From Candidatus Zambryskibacteria bacterium RIFCSPLOWO2_02_FULL_39_26 (GTDB lineage: Bacteria > Patescibacteriota > Minisyncoccia > Phycocordibacterales > DATDWN01), in the NCBI GenBank assembly GCA_001825395.1, contig MHWN01000005.1, positions 1 to 55,859 of the forward strand: a DNA stretch of 55,859 bases. Direction: 5' to 3'. Shown one piece after another: positions 50,271 to 55,859 of this stretch. Position 1 is the stretch's first letter. Every line of letters starts with the position of its first letter. Below the pieces are notes generated by a model. It did not search any database and was not told the DNA's origin. It worked only from the letters and a program-made list of their open reading frames with translations. A program made the translations under genes and the position numbers.

Positions 50271-50306
50271 TCCGGATTGAAACCTAAAAACTTCAATCCG
50301 GATTTT
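50271..50306 (+). terminator. Intrinsic terminator
   Basis: TCCGGATTGAA...TTCAATCCGGA-TTTT. Confidence 0.7.
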
Positions 50307-50365
50307 CTTATGGAATTATTTATTTTTTTGTGATAATCTAAAATATCAATAATAATTTAACACAA

Positions 50366-50746
50366 ATGAAAAAATACATTTATATCTTGATAATTTTAGC
50401 GGTTCTAGGGGGGATAATTTGGCTTGTTATGACCCCAGGTACTCCAGGGAAACTTGACGATTTTGCAAAGTGTCTAGGAGACAAAGGAGCGATATTTTAC
50501 GGTGCCTTCTGGTGTCCTCATTGTCAAGCCCAAAAAGCTCTATTTGGTAAATCTGCCAAGCTGCTACCTTATATTGAATGTTCCACACCGGACGGCAAAA
50601 GTCAGTTGCCGCTCTGTGTTGATAAAAATGTTACAAATTATCCAACTTGGCATTTTGCTACCACATCGGCCACACCGGACATCCTAACAGGGGAAATTCC
50701 ACTTGAAACTTTAGCCGAAAAAACCGGTTGCGTCCTACCACAATAA
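50366..50746 (+). CDS. Membrane-anchored thioredoxin-like protein
   Basis: YGAFWCPHC, YIEC, YPTW. Confidence 0.85.
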   Translation: MKKYIYILIILAVLGGIIWLVMTPGTPGKLDDFAKCLGDKGAIFYGAFWCPHCQAQKALFGKSAKLLPYIECSTPDGKSQLPLCVDKNVTNYPTWHFATTSATPDILTGEIPLETLAEKTGCVLPQ

Positions 50747-50759
50747 ATAAAACAAAAAT

Positions 50760-51320
50760 ATGGTCTTTTTCATTCAATCTTATGCAACGCCAATCATTGG
50801 ATTTTTGACACTTTTATCTAATATTATTTTTATTGTGGTTCTTCTGGTTATTTTGGCTCATGCCGGCTCCAAAGCAAAACTTTACCACTTTGTCCACAAA
50901 TACATCCTTGAATTGCTTTTCTTCGGCATTTTGTCCGCGGTAGTGGGTAGTCTTGTCTATTCCAATATCGTCGGGTTTCCTCCCTGCGATTTGTGCTGGT
51001 GGCAAAGAATTTTCATGTATCCTCAATTAATCATCGTGGCTTTGGCATATTACAGAAAAGATAAAGCGGTTATTGATTATCTCGTGCCGTTGTCCGTAAT
51101 CGGCGCAGTTGTAGCTCTCTATCAATCATTTGTGCAGTGGGGATTCTCGTTTGGTGTGGGGGGTGGTTGCATCGCTGTCGGTGGCGAATGTGCCAAAGTT
51201 TACTTCATGCAATACTCCTACATTACCATACCATTTATGTCTTTCACCGTGTTTGTTTACATAATAGCCATGAAATACATTTATTACAGCAGAAGCAAAC
51301 AAATCAGAAATGGCAAGTAG
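50760..51320 (+). CDS. DsbB/BdbC-family disulfide bond formation protein
   Basis: PCDLCWWQRIFMYP, second Cys pair, YITIP. Confidence 0.9.
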   Translation: MVFFIQSYATPIIGFLTLLSNIIFIVVLLVILAHAGSKAKLYHFVHKYILELLFFGILSAVVGSLVYSNIVGFPPCDLCWWQRIFMYPQLIIVALAYYRKDKAVIDYLVPLSVIGAVVALYQSFVQWGFSFGVGGGCIAVGGECAKVYFMQYSYITIPFMSFTVFVYIIAMKYIYYSRSKQIRNGK

Positions 51321-52209
51321 AAAAAAAATTACAATAGTCACCCATAGTTCCAGTTTTCACACAGACGATATTTTTGCCGTTGCCACGCTATTATTAGTTT
51401 TGGAAAAAAACAATGATGTCACCGTGAAAAGATCTCGGGATGAACAAATAATCAATTCAGCTGATTATGTTGTTGATGTTGGGGGTGTTTATGACCCTGT
51501 TACAAACCGTTTCGATCATCATCAGGAAGGTGGAGCAGGTAAAAGAGAAAATGGAGTTCCGTACGCCTCCTTCGGATTAGTTTGGAAAAAGTTTGGGGAC
51601 AAGCTCTCGGGCAGTAAAGAAATAGCTGAAAAAATTGACCTTCAGATGGTTCAACCCGTCGATGCTCCCGACAATGGTTTCCAATTTTTAAAAAGTTCTA
51701 TTCCGGATTTATTTGCTCTTGATATTGGTTTTTTAACCAATATATTTACACCAACATGGAAAGAAAAAGAAAGAAATATTGACGAGGTTTTTATGAAATT
51801 GGTTTCTTATGCCCAAACAATATTGGATAGGGGAATTACCGTGGAGAAAAATGGACTTATAGCCAAGGAAATACTATTAGATACTTATAATAAAACCGAA
51901 GACAAAAGGATTATTTTTGTAGATGATAGTTATCCTTGGGAAGAAATGTTATCCAAATTTCCGGAACCTCTTTTTGTTGTTTATAAAAGCAGGGATAAAA
52001 ATTGGTCCATAAAAGGCATTAGAGATGATCGCCACTCTTTTAAACTTAGAAAAAAATTGCCGGAGGGCTGGGCAGGGAAGGAAAAAGAAGAACTTGAAAA
52101 AGTAACCGGCGTACCCGGTTCAATGTTCTGCCATAATAACTTATTTATGGCGGTGAACAAAACCAAAGAAGGTATTCTCAAAATGGCAGAGATTGCACTG
52201 AATTCCTAA
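51310..52209 (+). CDS. MYG1-family metal-dependent hydrolase/exonuclease
   Basis: THSSSFHTDD, VVDVGG, RFDHHQ, WAG, FCH. Confidence 0.92.
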   Translation: MASRKKITIVTHSSSFHTDDIFAVATLLLVLEKNNDVTVKRSRDEQIINSADYVVDVGGVYDPVTNRFDHHQEGGAGKRENGVPYASFGLVWKKFGDKLSGSKEIAEKIDLQMVQPVDAPDNGFQFLKSSIPDLFALDIGFLTNIFTPTWKEKERNIDEVFMKLVSYAQTILDRGITVEKNGLIAKEILLDTYNKTEDKRIIFVDDSYPWEEMLSKFPEPLFVVYKSRDKNWSIKGIRDDRHSFKLRKKLPEGWAGKEKEELEKVTGVPGSMFCHNNLFMAVNKTKEGILKMAEIALNS

Positions 52210-52404
52210 ATAAATAGGCCAGGGATATAGAGAATAACCATGCTAATTATTATTAGCACGCAAATTATCCCCCAGAAGATTTTGAAGGCTTTTTTGTTTT
52301 TTTGTTGGAATAACATGGTAGAATTAGGTGAAAGTTAAAAGTCCATAAAGTCTGTAAAGTAAAATGCAATCGAGTCCTCTTTATAGACTTTCGACTTATT
52401 TATC

Positions 52405-52779
52405 ATGCTTGATTTTCAGCAAAAACGCAAGGTCAAGAGTTTTATGTATAACCGAGTAACTTTGGCAGTACTTTTGGTTGTCGTTTTATTTGTTCTGAAC
52501 TCTACTTGGTCAGTATATCAAAAAAAACGTGAAAGTGAGCGACTGAAAAATGTGGCTTTGGGGAATGTTGAAAATCTGCGAGGAAGAAACAGCGAACTTC
52601 AGGTAAAAATTGAGAGACTTGGCACAGAAGTGGGAATTGAGGAGGAAATAAGATCCAAATTCAATGTGGCTAAGCAAGAGGAGAACGCGGTCATTATTGT
52701 TCCAAAATCAGAAACAAACGCCACCTCAACCAATTCAAGCAGTTTTTGGCAAAAGGTTAAAAAATTTTTTGGGATGTAA
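52405..52779 (+). CDS. Septum formation initiator (FtsB/DivIC family)
   Basis: TM helix, coiled coil, IEEEIRSKFNVAKQEE. Confidence 0.75.
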   Translation: MLDFQQKRKVKSFMYNRVTLAVLLVVVLFVLNSTWSVYQKKRESERLKNVALGNVENLRGRNSELQVKIERLGTEVGIEEEIRSKFNVAKQEENAVIIVPKSETNATSTNSSSFWQKVKKFFGM

Positions 52780-52848
52780 TTTGGAGTTGCTCATAAAATT
52801 ATTTTTGGTATACTGATTTGACTAACATTAATTAAAATCCGTATCCAA

Positions 52849-53094
52849 ATGGTTAGTGCAAAAAAAGTCACCATGTATTCCACCCCGACCTGTCACTACT
52901 GCGCCCTAGCCAGAGAATTTTTTGATGCCAATAAAATTAAATACGAATCATATGACGTGGCCTCTAACATAGAGAAAAGGCGTGAAATGATGGAAAAATC
53001 AGGCCAGCTCGGAGTGCCGGTCATCACCATAAACGACAAAGTTGTTGTCGGTTTCAACAGGCCGCTTTTAGCGGAATTGTTAGAGATAAAATAA
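52849..53094 (+). CDS. Glutaredoxin-like protein (NrdH/YruB family)
   Basis: YSTPTCHYC, SGQLGVPVI, VGFN. Confidence 0.9.
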   Translation: MVSAKKVTMYSTPTCHYCALAREFFDANKIKYESYDVASNIEKRREMMEKSGQLGVPVITINDKVVVGFNRPLLAELLEIK

Positions 53095-53167
53095 ACACAG
53101 TGTCATGTTTGTGAATAAAGCGATGCTGAACTAGTATTTTTTTACACTATCCATTATAATTTAGTGA

Positions 53168-53791
53168 ATGGGTATTCCACCACTAACCAAGTCTGAGATT
53201 GAAGAAATTAAAAAATTAAGAGAAACTGGACATTCACTTCCAGAAATAAAGAGAATTTTAAATAGAGGATACGGAACCATTTTTCGCTATATTAAAGATG
53301 TTCCAATACTTCCTGAATATCATGAGATTTGGAAAATAAAAAGAGGTGGAAGCAAGGCTAGATCTGCAAAACTATGGTCGGAGGCAAAAGTGAGAGCAAG
53401 TGAATTAATTGGCCCCATAGGTTTTAAGGAAAGATTACTTATACTATCTTCTTTATATTGGGGAGAAGGAAATAAAGCTGAATTGAATTTGATAAACAGC
53501 GATCCTAATCTGGTAAGAGTAATTGTTATGTGCCTAAAAGATCTGGGAATACAGCAAAACGAATTAAAGATAAGTTTGAGGCTGTTTGAAGATATTGATA
53601 TAAAAAAAGCCATATCTTTCTGGTCGAAAACACTTTATCTTCCAAGAGGATTTATTACAAAAATAGATATTAAAAAGGGCAAAAAAGTTGGTAAGTTAAG
53701 ATATGGGATGTGCAGAGTCAGAGTGAAAAAAGCTGGCAAGAATTTTAAATTGATTATGAGTATGATAGATTTAATTAAGTCAGGGATATAA
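53168..53791 (+). CDS. HTH plus single LAGLIDADG-like domain protein
   Basis: N-terminal HTH (KLRETGHSLPEIKRIL...TIFRY); LSSLYWGEG, NSDP, FWS, YGMCRVRV. Confidence 0.7.
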   Translation: MGIPPLTKSEIEEIKKLRETGHSLPEIKRILNRGYGTIFRYIKDVPILPEYHEIWKIKRGGSKARSAKLWSEAKVRASELIGPIGFKERLLILSSLYWGEGNKAELNLINSDPNLVRVIVMCLKDLGIQQNELKISLRLFEDIDIKKAISFWSKTLYLPRGFITKIDIKKGKKVGKLRYGMCRVRVKKAGKNFKLIMSMIDLIKSGI

Positions 53792-53793
53792 AC

Positions 53794-53868
53794 GCTGCCG
53801 TAGTTCAATGGATAGAACAAGAAGTTCCTAATTTCTAAATGTAGGTCCGATTCCTACCGGTGGCACCA
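53794..53868 (+). tRNA. tRNA-Arg(CCT)
   Basis: Acceptor GCTGCCG/CGGTGGC, D arm GTTC/GAAC, anticodon loop TTCCTAA, T arm GTAGG/CCTAC with loop TCCGATT, encoded CCA. Confidence 0.92.
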
Positions 53869-53945
53869 AAATCTGACTTTCAGAAAATTGACCGACTTTT
53901 TCGTTGGCGGCGCACAGCGCCGCCCAAGCGTTTCCCCCCGACAAA
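53864..53945 (-). other. Possible relic of a recombinase 3' region reading into the tRNA-Arg 3' end (att-junction-like)
   Basis: Minus strand reads GGNAWAALCAANEKVGQFSESQILV into TGGTG; hairpin GGCGGCGC-ACA-GCGCCGCC at 53906-53924; recombinase identity rests on recalled similarity only. Confidence 0.4.
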
Positions 53946-54064
53946 TCCTCTCCGTACAATAAATCCACAAAATTTGGCTTTTTTAGGAATATGGTATAAT
54001 CGCAGGAACGTTGATCTATAACAGTCGAATAGGTCAAATTATTCATTATATTTAATATAATATT

Positions 54065-54313
54065 ATGGGAAAAGAAATAGGCAAAATAACTCATTGGTAC
54101 GACAAAATAAATGTTGCCGTTATAAAATTAACCGGTGGAATAAAAAAGGGAGATAAAATAAAAATAAAGAAGGGAACGGAAGAAACCGAAGCCACCGTTG
54201 AGTCCCTCCAGATTGACCGAGTGGATGTTGAAAAAGGCAAGAAAAATGACGAGGTTGCCATAAAACTTTCACAAAAAGCAAAAGAGGGATCAACAGTGTA
54301 TAAAGTTGAATAG
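54065..54313 (+). CDS. Small beta-barrel protein (EF-Tu domain II / U32 peptidase C-terminal-like)
   Basis: IGKITHWYDKINVAVIKL, IKKGDKI, VESLQID, VAIK. Confidence 0.8.
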   Translation: MGKEIGKITHWYDKINVAVIKLTGGIKKGDKIKIKKGTEETEATVESLQIDRVDVEKGKKNDEVAIKLSQKAKEGSTVYKVE

Positions 54314-54354
54314 ATTATCTTTTGATTTTTTGGCTAAATTTTGCTATGATAAGC

Positions 54355-54534
54355 AGACCTCATTTTGAAAATAATGAGTAATATAAACTGCGAAATTTTG
54401 AGTAAGAAATAGAGAATGAGACAGGAGACGTACGCTAGTACGAGCGACTGGTGAAACTCTATTTTTTAGCGAAATTTTGGTGTTTAGATACTCAAGAAAT
54501 TCATTATTATTAATTTATTTTCAAGATGAGGTCT
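54355..54534. mobile_element. 180-bp palindromic MITE/RPE-like element
   Basis: 20-bp terminal inverted repeats AGACCTCATTTTGAAAATAA / TTATTTTCAAGATGAGGTCT (1 mismatch), nested internal stems, apex CGTAC-GCTA-GTACG. Confidence 0.7.
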
Positions 54535-54536
54535 AT

Positions 54537-54770
54537 ATGTCACCGGAAGAAAAAGAGCTCTTGAAAAGGAGCGTGGCTTTAGCGGAAGAGAACAACGATA
54601 TGTTGCGTCGGATGCAACGCTCACTGCGCATATCGCGCTTTATAAGCATTTTATACTGGGTCTTTATTATTGGCTCTGCTGTGGGGGCATATTACCTTAT
54701 CCAGCCTTATCTGGAGTCTCTGGCGGGGGTTTATGGTAGCGCCAGTGACATCATAAATTCGTATAGGTAG
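54537..54770 (+). CDS. Small membrane protein (coiled coil plus TM helix)
   Basis: MSPEEKELLKRSVALAEENNDMLRRM...ILYWVFIIG..AYYLIQPY; ATG 54537 preferred over TTG 54477, which lies inside the MITE. Confidence 0.75.
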   Translation: MSPEEKELLKRSVALAEENNDMLRRMQRSLRISRFISILYWVFIIGSAVGAYYLIQPYLESLAGVYGSASDIINSYR

Positions 54771-54858
54771 AAAGGAAGACGTGTCAAAATGAAAAACAGC
54801 GGTTAAACCGCTGGAAGAGTGTGGAGGGAATGATAAAAGATGGTTTAATAAAAATCAT

Positions 54859-54934
54859 GCCAAGGTAACTCAGTTAGCAGAGTGCTTCCCTGAAGAGGAA
54901 GAAGTCGCCAGTGCAACTCTGGCCCTTGGCACCA
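54859..54934 (+). tRNA. tRNA-Phe(GAA)
   Basis: Acceptor GCCAAGG/CCTTGGC, D arm ACTC/GAGT, anticodon arm CTTCC-CTGAAGA-GGAAG, T arm GCCAG-TGCAACT-CTGGC, encoded CCA. Confidence 0.93.
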
Positions 54935-54976
54935 TAAAAACAAAACCGCTCGATGAGCGGTTTTGTTTTTATGGTG
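54930..54976. terminator. Bidirectional terminator-like hairpin with perfect 22-bp arms, overlapping the tRNA CCA end
   Basis: CACCATAAAAACAAAACCGCTC-GAT-GAGCGGTTTTGTTTTTATGGTG. Confidence 0.85.
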
Positions 54977-55021
54977 TGTCTTTACGACTTCGCTAGAACC
55001 TATTTTATCAAAAATTCGTAA
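54972..55021 (+). other. Possible orphan recombinase C-terminal tail starting at a TGGTG core
   Basis: Reads VCLYDFARTYFIKNS-stop, in the same codon register around TGGTG as the fragment at 53864. Confidence 0.4.
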
Positions 55022-55032
55022 TTGAATCCAAT

Positions 55033-55410
55033 GTCGCACGCGCGGAGCGCGTGGTGGCTCTAAATTGAATTGTACGCTCCACGACGAACTCCGTCACGGC
55101 ACAGCATCCGCTCCACCAGACTGTCGGATACGACAGCCTGCTTCCGCTTCTGCTGTTCCGTGTCCGCCCTCGCTTCGCCACCACGCATTCTGTTTTGTTT
55201 GGCGGGGATTTTCTCTTTTTTTATTTTGTATGGTGGTGGCGGGCGAGGTCGGGTTTCTCCAAAGGAGAAACTGACGGAATTCTAAGTAGCCATTCGATGG
55301 ACTCGGTTTTGCCAAAACTATTTTTCTGGGGATTTTGATTTGGCAAAACCGAGACTGCATTTCCCGCCCGCAGAAAGGGGTCTGGGGAATGAATGCGGGC
55401 GGGGGTTTCT
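55033..55410. other. GC-rich non-coding multi-hairpin element
   Basis: Stems CACGCGC-GGA-GCGCGTG, CTGTCG-GATA-CGACAG, CCTCGC/GCGAGG, GTTTCTCC-AAA-GGAGAAAC, CTCGGTTTTGCCAAA/TTTGGCAAAACCGAG, CCCGCCCGCA/TGCGGGCGGG. Confidence 0.7.
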
Positions 55411-55482
55411 GTCTTGTTTTTAGCGAGGTTACTAGAAAAAACCTTTTTGAGATTGAAAAATTACATAAAAAGAACTCGGGTA

Positions 55483-55857
55483 TTAAGAAATTATGTGAAT
55501 AAATTTTATATCTTTTGGATCAATAAGATTTTCAGGCAGAGCATTTATTTTATGCCATTTCCACTCTTTAAATTTTTCCGGCTCCATTAAGCAAGGTTCC
55601 TCAAAAATTTCACATTCTATAAAGTAAACTTTATCTCCAACTTTTACACCATCTTTCTGCCCAACCATTCTTATAAAATTTAATTTACTTACACCTATTT
55701 CTTCCGCTATTTCTCGCTTCAAAGTTTCAATCATTGTTTCATTAGGCTGACCACGCCCACCAGGATATGTCCACACGGGATTTCCCTTTTTGTATTCACG
55801 AAGTCCCATGAGAATCTTGTCATCTTTTTTAATCAAAGCGAAAAAACACAATTGGTC
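55483..55857 (-). CDS. Nudix hydrolase; 5' end probably outside the window
   Basis: WTYPGGRGQPNETMIETLKREIAEEIG Nudix box, EPEKF..WKW; frame open to the window edge. Confidence 0.88.
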   Translation of the reverse strand, partial: DQLCFFALIKKDDKILMGLREYKKGNPVWTYPGGRGQPNETMIETLKREIAEEIGVSKLNFIRMVGQKDGVKVGDKVYFIECEIFEEPCLMEPEKFKEWKWHKINALPENLIDPKDIKFIHIIS

Positions 55858-55859
55858 TG

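Noticed and set aside
52242..52259. Short palindrome TGCTAAT-TATT-ATTAGCA as an operator
   Set aside because: Only 7-bp AT-rich arms and no second copy seen; could be chance.
53794..53868. Intron-containing tRNA linked to the LAGLIDADG-like gene
   Set aside because: The cloverleaf is complete and uninterrupted, and the ORF lies wholly upstream.
53828..54094. 88-aa minus-strand ORF as a functional gene
   Set aside because: It overlaps tRNA-Arg and the start of the next gene; only the part near the tRNA looks like a coding relic.
55065..55360. Three short overlapping ORFs in the GC-rich block
   Set aside because: No protein motifs; the sequence is better explained by base-paired stems.

Overview
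AT-rich bacterial chromosome segment whose gene content and style point to a Patescibacteria (CPR, Parcubacteria-like) genome (inference). From 3.8 to 45.3 kb it is a large surface-glycosylation locus: 7 GT4, 5 GT2 and 4 GT-C-type membrane glycosyltransferases, GtrA, Wzx, an O-antigen ligase-TPR protein, gmd/fcl plus two His-type PLP sugar 3-dehydratases, and 5 SAM methyltransferases. The locus is interrupted by a Y1/HUH (RAYT-like) transposase with three REP-like palindromes and by GC-richer singleton genes. The right end has secA, an ASCH gene, a palindrome-flanked PaaX/Cas2-like gene, disulfide/redox genes, MYG1, FtsB, an HTH-LAGLIDADG-like gene abutting tRNA-Arg(CCT), a 180-bp palindromic MITE-like element and tRNA-Phe(GAA). 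Main leads: (1) two coding-like fragments that join in frame at inverted CACCA/TGGTG tRNA-3'-end cores, suggesting a site-specific inversion or integration scar; (2) single-gene cassettes bracketed by gene-specific palindromes (RAYT, PaaX/Cas2-like) plus an orphan 44-bp perfect palindrome; (3) a promoter- and terminator-bounded ~87-nt candidate sRNA; (4) a DUF5672-ASCH fusion; (5) a poly-G frameshift in a Nudix gene. All family calls come from motif recognition by eye, not from database searches.
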